Shown in pieces: positions 1-10,877 of a stretch of 64,000 nucleotides of DNA. The notes below the pieces were generated by a model. It saw nothing but the letters and a program-made list of their open reading frames with translations, was not told where the DNA came from and searched no databases. Source of the DNA: Callorhinchus milii (taxonomy: Eukaryota); contig NW_024704742.1 of the NCBI RefSeq assembly GCF_018977255.1, positions 116,066,001 to 116,130,000 on the forward strand. Reading direction: 5' to 3'. A program made the position numbers and the translations under genes. The stretch's first letter is position 1; the number at the start of each line of letters is the position of its first letter.

Positions 1-199
1 GTAACTTGGTATTGATTCTATTCAGTTAATTTACAAAAGATATTCAACAGTTATTGTTGCTTACACATCTAAAATGATGAAAATTCACCACAATTATTTT
101 GAACATTGCCACACAAAAAATGCAATTAGGAGAAATGGATTAAAAGTAGGAATGAGAATGGACCGAACTTGGGGAGAAAAGGCCCAGAACTTGGGGAGA

Positions 200-550
200 A
201 AAGGTCCAACATTTGCCTTGCAAACGAGGGGACCTGAGTTCGATTCCCAGTCAGGGTGAAATCTTAGGTACGTTTCCTTACTCCACATCCCTCTTTACCT
301 AGCAGTAAGTAGGAACCTGTTTGTTAGTTGATTGACGGATCGCTTTTCTGGGGGTAATCCTTCACAAAAACTTTTAAAAATTGGGTCACTCAATTCACAA
401 CTATTTGTTGGACACTTGTGCGTAATTGGCTGCTGCATTTCACCCACAAAATATAGAGTCAATTTATTTTACAGGATATTCTGCGAAGCACTTTGAGATG
501 TCTCAAAAATGTGAAAAGGCGCTATGTCAAATGCAAGGATCATTATTAAT
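200..550 (+). mobile_element. SINE variant with an extra central segment
   Basis: Same head remnant (GGACCTGAGTTCGATTCCC...TTTCCTTACTCCACA) and tail, plus CTCTTTACCTAGCAGTAAGTAGGAACCTG, which is absent from the young copies. Confidence 0.75.
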
Positions 551-907
551 GTTTACATCAGTATTTTGAGGTACAGACATTATCTGAGCAGAGAAGATAA
601 AACCACATGACCAGATGCACATCTGCATTATAATAAAATAATCCTTGCATTTGATATAGTGCTTTATCACATTGTTGAGACTTCCCAAAATTATAAAAAA
701 TAGATTAATCTAGAACAGGGGTGGGGGGAGCTCCTACTTGATGCTAGATATATTACTTTGCACAATAAAGGTAGTTAAAACACCAAATGTAATGGAGTGA
801 GCAGTAAAAAAGTTATCCACTTGAAAACAGCATAAAATTCTTGAAAATATACGAGTATATTGGTCTATGTCCAAGGTCGAAACTGTGCATTCAACTATAA
901 AAATGTT

Positions 908-3900
908 CTATATGCAGATATTTTCATCACTCCAGTCACTGCAGTCCTGAATGTGATCTTTACAGCGACTTTTAGGAATGCAGTCGCAGTCACTGAAGAA
1001 AACTGTAGTACATTTCCAGCCAAAACAGGGAGGACACTGCAAAGCTAAATAAAAAAAATGCAATCAATTCGATTTATTGAATCCTATAATTTACAATACT
1101 TTTTTTCTTCTAATATCCAATAAAATGGTAGGAAAATGATGTTGCACCTTTGGTAGCTACTAGCAGCAACAGATGTAAATAGCAAACAAAGCTTTAAAAA
1201 ATAATGGTTACTAAAATACTGCATACATTTTTATTAATAGCTATTGTTGAGTGTGAAAGACCTGCCTCAGGAGCTGAGCAGCTGTAGGTGCTACCATTCA
1301 TTTGGAGTTCTATTTTAAACCAGTACAATTTAATGGACAGCAAAGTCACCATTCTTCACTTTTGATCCTTGATAATGGGTGTTGACCACAGCAAGCTGAG
1401 TTCAATCCTGTCTTCATCCAGTATCTACTCATGCACCTGGAGCAGGAGATGCTAGACAGTGAGTAAGAACATGGTAGATTTTCCTCACTAGCATAGCGAG
1501 CTTAGGTCAACCATGATAAATGTTGAGCTGGCTTATTCAGTACATGGGATCTCCAGCGTCTGTATGGTTCTGCTCAAGAGGCTCCAGGCCATTCATGGTC
1601 TCAATAATCAATTTAAGAGTATGAACAATGTCTAAGGCAGCATATGGTTGCAAGATTGCAGATAAAAAAGGGGATGCTTAAAATGCTTCAGGAAATATTT
1701 AATTGCAGATGTTTAATGCAAATGTTTGTCTATAATTATAATAGTAATAAATAATGCTTGCATTTTATATAATGCCTTAGCATGGTACAGCTAATTTACA
1801 TACCTCAATGTCCCACAAACAGCCATGAAGTGAATGACCAATTTTATTTGGGGGATTATCAGCCAGAAACTCCCTTTTCTTTTCAAATAATGCTATGGGA
1901 TCTTTAATATTCAACTGAACAGGCAAATTGGATCTTGGTTTACTGAGTCATCTGATGGATGGCAACTCCAAAAATGGAACACACCAACAATGCATGGGAG
2001 TCAGCCTCAACTATGAGCTTGAAGTACTGATGTGGGGCTTGAACCCATAACCTGTCTCAGGCAAGAGTGCTACCACCTAAATCAGGCTGATAACCTGCTT
2101 TAACATTTGATGATAAATGTTTTAATTGAACTACAGTATTTGATAATTGAATAACACAGTGAACAAACAATCCTTTAAAATGGCTATATTACCTGATTCA
2201 TCTGAACAGTCTCCACAGTCATTTTTTCCATTACATTTTTTGTCTATGTAAGTCCAGGATTTCTGGTCACTGCACAAGAAGACCAAGTTTTTAGGGAGGC
2301 TCATAGGTAGGTTGTCTGATCAGGAAAAAATCAAAACAATTTAATTTCTATAATTAACACAATTTCTATATTTTTTGTAGAAATCTCAAATGCACTTGCT
2401 GCCAAATAATTTGATTATTTTGGGTGCAAGCCTTCAATGTCCAGTGACTTGGGACATCCTTCTGACATGAAAGGCACTATATAAATGTAATTTGTTGTGG
2501 TGGTTAATATGCTCTTAGATAACAATGGGATCCATGTCACATTAAATGTAAGCAAAAGGAATTTAAGCAAGACATTTTCTTCCTCCTTTTTATTTTCCTG
2601 ATAGTCTGGTGGCTGAGCACATTGAAGCTGTGCATCTAATCATTAAGGCTGCTGAGGACAAATATGGAGCCATCAACTGGTGTCATTTGTAAATTATTTG
2701 TTAAATGAAATGCAAACATCTAAAACAGTTGATGACTAATAAAATGTCACTCTGGTGTACTCTGGAAACTCAAATTAATGAAATACATTGTTATGTCATA
2801 TAACAATAATAATCCTTGCATTTGATATAGCGCTTTTTACTATGTCTCAAAGTGCTTCACAGAATATACTGTAAAGTGAATTGACTGTATATTTGTGAGC
2901 GAAACATGGCAGCCAATTGCGCACAGCAGTGTCCCACAAACAGCGGGCATTGAAATGACCAATTTATTATTTTTTTGAGGGATTTATTATCAGGCGTGTG
3001 GAGTGAGGAAACTTGCCCAAGGTTTCGCCCTACTGGGAATCAAACCCAGGTCTCCCGCTTGCACGGTGAGTGCTCTAACCACTGAGCTACAGGGCTCCTA
3101 TGTTCCCTGTCACACACAAATGCACAAGGCATATTTCTGGTCATTGCACAAGAAAACTACTATGTTCCAAGGGAAGGATTTACATAAAGTACTCAGCAAA
3201 AGAAATTTCTGTGTTTCCATGTTGTCCATTGCATAACTGCATAAATCAAACTATTTAGTGGCTTTCCAGGAGAGAAGGAAGCTGTTTAAACAAATAGTAG
3301 TACTTAACAAGCATAGCAACCAGAAAGCATTTGTTGAAATACACAGCACCTTTCTGTAGCTGACACATTATGTTGCCAGAGTGATACACTCATTTTCCCC
3401 AGATAACAATTGCAAACCATGCACACATTTAACAATGGCCTTTTGAAATTACCTGAGGATGACTTTAACTTCTCCTGCTTTTGACTCATTGCCAGAACCC
3501 ATTAAGCATTTCCAATTCTGACGAAAGATCATACCCAAAACATTAATCTAGCTTTCACTTTCAGATGCTGATCGGTCTGCAGTGCAATTCCAACACATTC
3601 TGCTTTTGTTACAGATTTTCAGCAGTCCTGACTTTTCTTCTTTTTTAATCTGCTCAGTAACATTTTTATTCTTAGTTTCAAATATTACTACGAGTACAGT
3701 TTTAAGTATAGACCCATATACAGGGTATTCTCTTGTCACCTGAAGTAACTGATTTCTGGGTTCTTTCAAATGTGGACTGAAAAGCCTGAATAATTTACCG
3801 CGACCCTTCAACACACATCCTCATCAAATGTTGAGTTAAGAACAAGGATTTAACTCAATAAGCAATGACGTAGAACCATGATTTTCAGCACCTGCTTTTC

Positions 3901-6900
3901 TTGATGAAGCAGCTCTTACTTCCAGAGTGCAATTTTGCGCCAAAAGCATGAAAGTAGCAAATTTAGATCGGCCATGAAAGATACTGGTTATGTACTTTTA
4001 CTGGAAGATATGATTATTTAATAAAAAGTATGTGTTCTTAATGTCCAGTAAGTGAAATTCTACAAAAAATGAAGCAAATTCAAATCATCCAGTAACCTTT
4101 CAAAGGAACCCCAGATTTTTTGGTGGTCAGCCCAATATCTGACACATGTGGTAACCCATCACCATGCACTCAAACCAGACATATGTATGTCATCTTCTCA
4201 TGGAAATTTCCATGTGTCTGAAATGAAGTGTACACTCTCTCCCTGGAGGGACTCACCCTCTCTACCTAATTCAGAGAGTATAAAGTACAGGTTGACGTGA
4301 GTCATGGTTTGTAGACTCCAGAAGGTGTGTTTGGGTACGCTTGGAGTTAACCAATGAAAACCAAATATCTTGTGAATGAGAGCACTGTCTTATACATTTT
4401 TCTCTGCTTGTCTGGCTAGACCCACTGTTATGGTTTTGACTTGCAGGGTCAACAGGAGCTATGTGGGAAGAATTCCTGCTCCCAGTGATTGGTTTACCTT
4501 TCTAAGTCCTGCCAGTGAGCCAGCACAGCTGGTATGTCAGCAGCAGTGCCCTGGAGTATTGTGGACCTGCCTGGCTCAGGAACTGTACTACCAAGACTGC
4601 CACAGAGAGCTGACTCGATTCTAACATTACTTTGCCAAGCTCATCACCTTGGAGCACAGCTCATCTTTTTGCACCCCCCTCTCCCCACCCCGAGGAAAGT
4701 GCTATAGCTGTTTGCTAGTGTAAATGTAGAAACTCATGTAATCTACATACCACAGTATAGGTTTGCTTCATCCTCTCCATTACTGCAGTCCACTTTGCCG
4801 TTGCAAATCTGCGTAGACATAAGGCACGTTGTGCGATCATCACACAAGAAGCCGTTTCTGTCTGAGGTGGTTTTACATTGCCGGGTTACTGCAGCAAGAC
4901 ATAGACAGAATAAATGCCCATTGATTTGCATGCTGAGAAGCTGTCTTGTGTGAAGCTAACTATATAAATGCATGTTGTTATCATTACAGCACCAAGAGAA
5001 ACTGTGTCTTACATCACATTACATGGAGAATCATGCATTAAAGGAACTGGGTTCCCAAATACAAGGAGCAATAATTATACACAGAATAGCAGAAGCAGTG
5101 TTGAGTGCAAGGCAGCAATCAAGTCTTAAATTACATGGTCATTTGAAGAATCAAGTCTTCTAATGACATTAGAACAAAGCTCAATGGATTTTCAACTATT
5201 ATTTAAACCCAAAATAAGATTCAAAATCCTAAAAAAAATTTTTGTATATAATGTGCAATTCTTGTGTAAATTTATTGCACTGTGTTTTCTTGGGCAGACA
5301 CTAGTTCAATGTGCTCAGTGTAGTTGAAGCAGAACAATGCTCACACTGAGGGATTAATGATTGACATCAGATTGAGATAATTATTGTGGGATAACCAAAG
5401 GTAAATTAATGGGAAGCAACACAGTTAGAATACAACAGATCACTATTGCTCCATTATCTGAATACTGATTATATTCCCTTGGCAACATACGAGTCAGACA
5501 CAGACAACACAATCCAGCCTGCACCTCAGTGGTGATAACCAGGTGGAGTTACATGAGCCCAGGTTAGTTAGGGAATCAGAACCCAGCCTCACCCATAAAA
5601 ATATTGATCTTTCCTGCTCCAATTCTCTTGGGTTATACTATCCTAAAGCCATGTTATCATGCTGGAGTTCAGTTCCACAGCTACTCTGGTACATTGCATA
5701 AATAGCTGGAATTGTGAACTAACAAAATATTTTTTTATTTCACATACAAACATCTTAAGCAGCAGAGAAAATATTTAAAAAATCGAACAAGAAATTGTTA
5801 GGTAGGTAGTATAAAGTGGCCACAGAGTGGTTTTGTACTTGATTCTCTGAGGAATGGGGAGCCAGTGAAGCCAGGCAAGCATGGGGGTGATTGGTTCGCG
5901 GAGCCTTGGGAGAGGACACGAGCTGCAGTGTTTGGAATAATCCACAGCTTGCAGAGGGAAGAGTTGGGAAGTACAGTTAGCAAGCAGTTGGCGCAGTCAA
6001 GGCAGGATGTGTTGAAAGCATGGATAAAGTTCTTGGCAGCCTGCGGTGAGAGGCAATGGCGGAGGCAGGCAATGTTGCGGAGGTGGGGAAAGGCGGAACG
6101 TGTCACAACACAAATGTGGAGCTTGAAGGATAGCCGAGGGTCGAACAGGACACCGAGGTTCCATATTTGCTCAGGAATTCCTAGGAACTCAATGATCTTG
6201 ATGTGACAATACATATTTTAAACTTGTTTAATACATTTATATCTTATTATTGCATACTTAGCTGTTTGGGTGGTATCCCAAATATAATCCCACAAGTTAT
6301 AGCAGCTGCAATTGCCCCAAAAATGAACAGGAGGAGAATTTCGATTAAAATGCATCTTCTGGTACAGCAGCTCCTGGAGTCTAATACAAATATTAGTTAT
6401 TCATCTTTTAAACACTCGAGATCTGTGCACTTTAAATATTCAGAAATCAAAATAAGGTCTGTGTGAAAGATAATTGCAACTCAAATTATACCTGTCGTTC
6501 TTAATTGCTAAATGAATGTTATATGCACAAACAAAGCATTCAGTTAATTTCACTACACAAAATTAATACTGAAAGAGGAAGTCATGCCATCAGGATCCCA
6601 TTTAAAGGTCAGCTACAATGAATTATGTCTAATTGCTGCATCCTTTTAATGTGTATTTTCTTTTTTTTGTTTAGCCAAAAACATAGATGAGATAATGGGA
6701 GGAGAGTGGTTGACCTGTGTTGATGTATAGTGTGAGCTGACAACATCAGTAATCACATCCACTGGGTACGGGCACTAACCCAGGAGGCAGCAGCAAGCTT
6801 TCAACTGAGGGTTCATTAAAGAAAACATATTCATGTTATAATTATGCAGATTTTTTTCTGGACACATTGTATATTATATAGAATATATATTTATATATGG

Positions 6901-8293
6901 GAATAGAGGGGTATAAGTGAGGGGAATAGGAGGGGTGACAGCTTTGTTGAGTGGTAACAGGGCAGACTGGTTGGGTCTAATTTCCTGTTTTGGTATTGTA
7001 TCACTCTGTGCAACTATGTATCTATATAGGTGATGTCATCTGCAGGATTGGGGTCTATTTCCATATAAACAAGGATGACATTCTGCCTCTAACATCAACT
7101 CCAGGACCACTGCTGTTCTAATAATGTTCTAATTCCGGTCAGATGTCAACAATGTGCTATTACTGATGAATTCTCACATCACAGTGATAATTCTCACATC
7201 ACACTGTTAATTCTAATATTGGTGACAATTCTCAAATCTCCAATGTGTGTTAAAATAAACCAATCTTCCTCAGTTGTGAAACAATTAACAAAATATTTTC
7301 TACCTTCCTGTTTATTGTGAGTTAAAGTGACTTGTGATCCGAAAAGAGAATCGTTATCAGGATTCACCACGTCCTATAAGGGAAGATAAACAATTCAGCA
7401 CGTAGAAACAATAGCTTCTCCAATTAAATTTTAAGTGGCCTACCTGCTCTATATCTCACTGTCCAGCAATCCCCAAAATAAAATTGGTCATTCGCTTCAT
7501 AGCTGTTTGTGGAACATTGCAACATGCAAATTCGCTGCCATATTGTCCCACAAAACACACGATCACTACACTTTATAGTATATTCTATGAAGCACTTTGG
7601 GATCATCCTCCAGATGTAAAAAAGACATTAAACCAAAGTAAGGCTTATTATTATAAAATTTTGCCTAAAAACCTACCTCTTTGACTGTACCTAAAGTCTT
7701 CTCCCCTTCCTTCCTCCCTCCCCTTTCTACCTCGCTTGGTGTCCAATCCGGGCTCTTTGTGGAGTCTCCAAGCTATTATACATGAAGGTGCTATGTAAAT
7801 GCAAATTGTTGTTTCTTGTCTCTGAGGCAGTGTCAGCAGTCTCTGGTTCATGACCTACTAGGTCCTATTTACCCATTTAGTTCCAATGAGCCAAGCTGGC
7901 TGGTCTAATTTCAGGACTACAACAGAGCCATCTGGCTCAGAAATCAGAGACGATTGAGACTGCCTCAGATAGTGGGCTTGATTCCGACAAACCATTGCCA
8001 AGAACCAGCTCAGCTCCAAGGAGGCCCCACTAATAATAATAATCTTATTATTCCCACTTAGGAAGATAGTCACCAGTCACTGAAGTTAATTTCTAGAATC
8101 TGGTAATACTCCAAAAATTCTAACGATAATAGTTTGTTACGTACATAAATTCTAATAAAAAATTTGCAAAAACACTGAATGAGAAATTACTTTATCCTTC
8201 ACAAAAAATTGCAATTCTAAAACATTATGTAAATACATTGAACTGAAGGTACTTTACCTTGGGTCTTGATGGATAGACTCTACTTGAACTCAT
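908..8293 (-). CDS. LDLRAD1: LDLRAD1-like type II membrane protein with three LDL-receptor class A (LDLa)-like modules, 208 aa, 6 coding exons
   Basis: Hand-assembled minus-strand exons 8293-8258, 7373-7304, 6380-6258, 4888-4751, 2315-2193, 1044-908. All junctions are GT-AG, phases 0,1,1,1,1, total 627 nt ending in TAG. Protein: MSSSRVYPSRPK/DVVNPDNDSLFGSQVTLTHNKQE/DSRSCCTRRCILIEILLLFIFGAIAAAITCGIIFGIPPKQL/ITRQCKTTSDRNGFLCDDRTTCLMSTQICNGKVDCSNGEDEANLYC/DNLPMSLPKNLVFLCSDQKSWTYIDKKCNGKNDCGDCSDES/ALQCPPCFGWKCTTVFFSDCDCIPKSRCKDHIQDCSDWSDENICI*. Motifs CCxRR+TM, GFLC, NxCGDCSDE, CPPC and CDCIP...CSDWSDE match LDLRAD1 as I recall it. Orthologue versus paralogue is unresolved. Confidence 0.88.
1740..2090 (-). 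mobile_element. Older Deu-type SINE (reverse)
   Basis: Reverse complement of Deu motifs (TGCTATGGGATCTTTAA) and head (GGGCTTGAACCCATAACC...GAGTGCTACCAC). Confidence 0.65.
2804..3098 (-). mobile_element. Older full-length copy of the same SINE family
   Basis: GGAAACTTGCCCAAGGTTTCGCCC...GTGCTCTAACCACTGAGCTACAGGGCTCC head and AATAATCCTTGCATTTGATATAGCGC tail on plus. Confidence 0.85.
4114..4645 (-). mobile_element. 3' UTR/terminal copy of the 50530-51851 element
   Basis: Reverse complement is colinear with 51320-51851, including terminal CATGTGTCAGA..GGCTGACCACCAAAAAA. Confidence 0.65.
7821..7969. repeat. ~150-bp element bounded by ~29-bp imperfect inverted repeats (MITE-like)
   Basis: TCTGAGGCAGTGTCAGCAGTCTCTGGTTC (7821-7849) versus the reverse complement of 7940-7969, TCTGAGGCAGTCTCAATCGTCTCTGATTTC. 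Confidence 0.7.
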
Positions 8294-8600
8294 TTCTCAT
8301 GAATACGAATAGAGATGATCAGAAGTGTGGGAACAGATAACTGATGAGAAAATATAACACAAAATTCTTGATGAAAGTACTTCAGATGTGGGGAAGTTGG
8401 TGAGTTACTTGGTGACCTGCGACTCCAGCTGATTCCTTTGGAAAAATGTTGCTTTCATTCATCACCCAGCAACGAAGAAACTCAACAGATCACTTACCTG
8501 TACATTGTGATTAAAGACAAACACTGCCCCTCCTCCAGGAAGCTGAGGGTTAAACATTTCCAAATGATGTTTCTGCAATATATACATCTCTAACCTGAGA
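8294..8600 (-). other. Probable 5' UTR of the LDLRAD1-like gene: non-coding exon ending at 8498, intron 8497-8341, exon resuming at 8340
   Basis: Minus strand has a consensus donor CAG|GTAAGT at 8498/8497 and a pyrimidine-rich acceptor TTTTCTCATCAG| at 8341/8340, 47 nt upstream of the ATG. TSS not determined. Confidence 0.45.
8404..8473. promoter_or_regulatory. Two RFX X-box motifs upstream of the LDLRAD1-like ATG
   Basis: 8404-8416 GTTACTTGGTGAC (reverse GTCACC-A-AGTAAC) fits GTNRCC-N(0-3)-RGYAAC exactly. 8461-8473 ATCACC-C-AGCAAC has one mismatch. Confidence 0.55.
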
Positions 8601-9574
8601 TGTAGTACTGAGCAGTAACTTGCATTTAATGATATTAATACTGAGGAGCTATTGCAAGGATAAGCATCCTTTTTCAGTCGAATGCCAAAAAGTCCAGAAT
8701 TTTTTTTAAAAAACAGATCAGGTACTGTTTTTTTTACATATTCAAGCAGTTTAGTCGCTATATCACCTGCAAGGATTATTTTGGAGATAACATATGATTT
8801 TTATTAATATAAACAATCATAAACAGAGATGTGTGGGGAAGGAAGCTTGCCTAAGGTTTCTCCCCGCTTGGGAATCAAACCCAAGTGTTCTAACCACAAT
8901 GCTACAGGACTCAAGTTAGTGAAATGGGAACATTTACTCTCTCCCTGGAGTAAGGAAGAGAAAGAAAGGTGCATAGCTCTCACATGGTATTATCCTCTAA
9001 AATAGCCGAGATTGGGAATTAAGGGTGCAGTCACCATGACCCAATTAAACCTTGGCCCTTATAATAGTGATATGTTAATAAATTGAGAACTCCAGGTGTT
9101 AATACACTTTATTTTAGCAACAAATCCATTTGACTAGGTTTCCTTCACTTATTACAGTAAAATAAATAATCAGTCTCAGATGTTACATTTTTCATTTCAA
9201 TCCATAATGAACAATGCACAAACTTTTTTTTAAACATAGAGTTAAACTCATAAACTTAAATGCAGAACCTTGCTATTTGTGCATTAGGTTATTACAGCAC
9301 ATTACCACAAACCTAAGAACAAAGATTTTCAAGTAATGCTTCAATATCTCCCACCATTTTATCCCCCGCCCCACCCCCAAGATAATCTTGCAAGGCCTGA
9401 GGGATATGTTTAATTTTACAGACCATTTTTAATATAAAATAATATTCCTTAAAAGCATATTACAGACAATATCCTGTAGTTTCCTCACAAAATACTCTAA
9501 AACGACACTTATTAACAGTGAAACAATACAAAAAGTTCTTTCTAGTCCATACACTTTTTATATGGCTATCAAGG

Positions 9575-10060
9575 ACAACAACAACTTGCATTTATATAGA
9601 GCCCTTCACGCTGGGCGGTGTCCCAGAGCGCTTAACAATGGTGGAGCCCGATGCTGAGCCAGGGGGAGGGGGAAGGTGACCATAGGCACAGTTGAAGAGG
9701 AAAGTCTTCAGGTGCAACATGAAAATGGGGAAACAGAGGGCAAGGTGAGGGGATTGAGGGAGGGGGTTCCATAGCTTCAGAGCGTAGTGGCTAAAGGCAC
9801 GGCCGCCGATGGTGAACAGCTGCATCAGGGTTGCAAGGCCAAAGGGAAAAGAGGTCTGTGGATGAGAGGGTATTTGTGAGGGTCTTGGGAGGAAGCCTTT
9901 TCCATAGGTGGAAAAGGATGGCGGAGGGATTGATGGAGGGGAGAGGGCTGCGAGAGAAGAGGGAGACGAGGAAATGGTCTGAGATGGCCTTGTCCGTGAT
10001 GGATAGACGGGAGACATATAAGCCGTGGGTGATAACGAGGACAGCTTGGATCAACCACAA
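9575..10060 (-). mobile_element. Internally deleted L2 (APE fragment fused directly to the 3' end)
   Basis: VLVITHGL...DKAISDHFLVS...WKRLPPKTL followed by [16 protein letters not shown]...HLKTFLF and a (TTG)n tail. Confidence 0.8.
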
Positions 10061-10871
10061 AATGAAATATTAAACAGTGAGGGAAATAGAATATTCCAAA
10101 ATTATTTCAGACCTGGTGCAGAATGCCGTTGCTGTTTAAAATGTGGCAGAGTCCATCTCCAGGAATTTTTGAAACACCCTTGTATCAATGATGCAGTTGT
10201 TCCCAGTCTGATATTCACTTGTGCTTTGCTCTGAATTTAAGGCAGAGGTAAACGACTCACTCAAGCTGGCAGATAGGTAGATGTAGCTGCTCCTACATCA
10301 AAGGCAGCTACTCTAGAAGAGTAATAATTTGCTTCCGAAAGGCACCCCAAATAGTAATGTGGCTAAGCACTGACCAAAGAAAACATATCATTCACCTGGC
10401 ATGGATTAAAGCATCAGCCATTGCTGGGACTGGTTCATGCTTAAACTAAAGTTTAACCAACTAAAACTGGATAGCTTGCCATTGAGAGCACTGTCTGCTG
10501 AGTAAAAGTCTCCAAGCTACAAGAATCACCAGGAGTTAGTAAAACATGTTCATTTATATACAGTATACACCACATCTGCAGTGCTCTCTCTGAAGTATTT
10601 TTAATGCTACATTATTGGCACACTGGATAGGAAAAAAATTAAACTGCTTTCCAGCAAGTATGTTAGATCACAATGTTGTGGATCGTGGATTGAAAAAGTG
10701 TGTCCAACTAATTTTCTGTTCAATGACTTTCAATGTTGGTGAAAGATTTTCTGGAATCATTCTAAAATGACCAATTATCAGAAGTATTAACAGTGGGATT
10801 TTATTTCAGATATTATTCATTTAGATAAACTTACACAAACTGTTCATCAACACTGTACAGTCCTTTGTAGC

Positions 10872-10877
10872 TTTATT
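10872..10877 (-). terminator. Candidate polyadenylation signal of ANKRA2
   Basis: TTTATT on plus (AATAAA on minus) about 560 nt after the stop. Another lies at 10800-10805. Confidence 0.35.

Noticed and set aside
163..207. 22-bp tandem duplication GAACTTGGGGAGAAAAGG; similar small ones at 7168-7240, 32376-32400 and 58420-58437
   Set aside because: Ordinary slippage duplications with no further structure.
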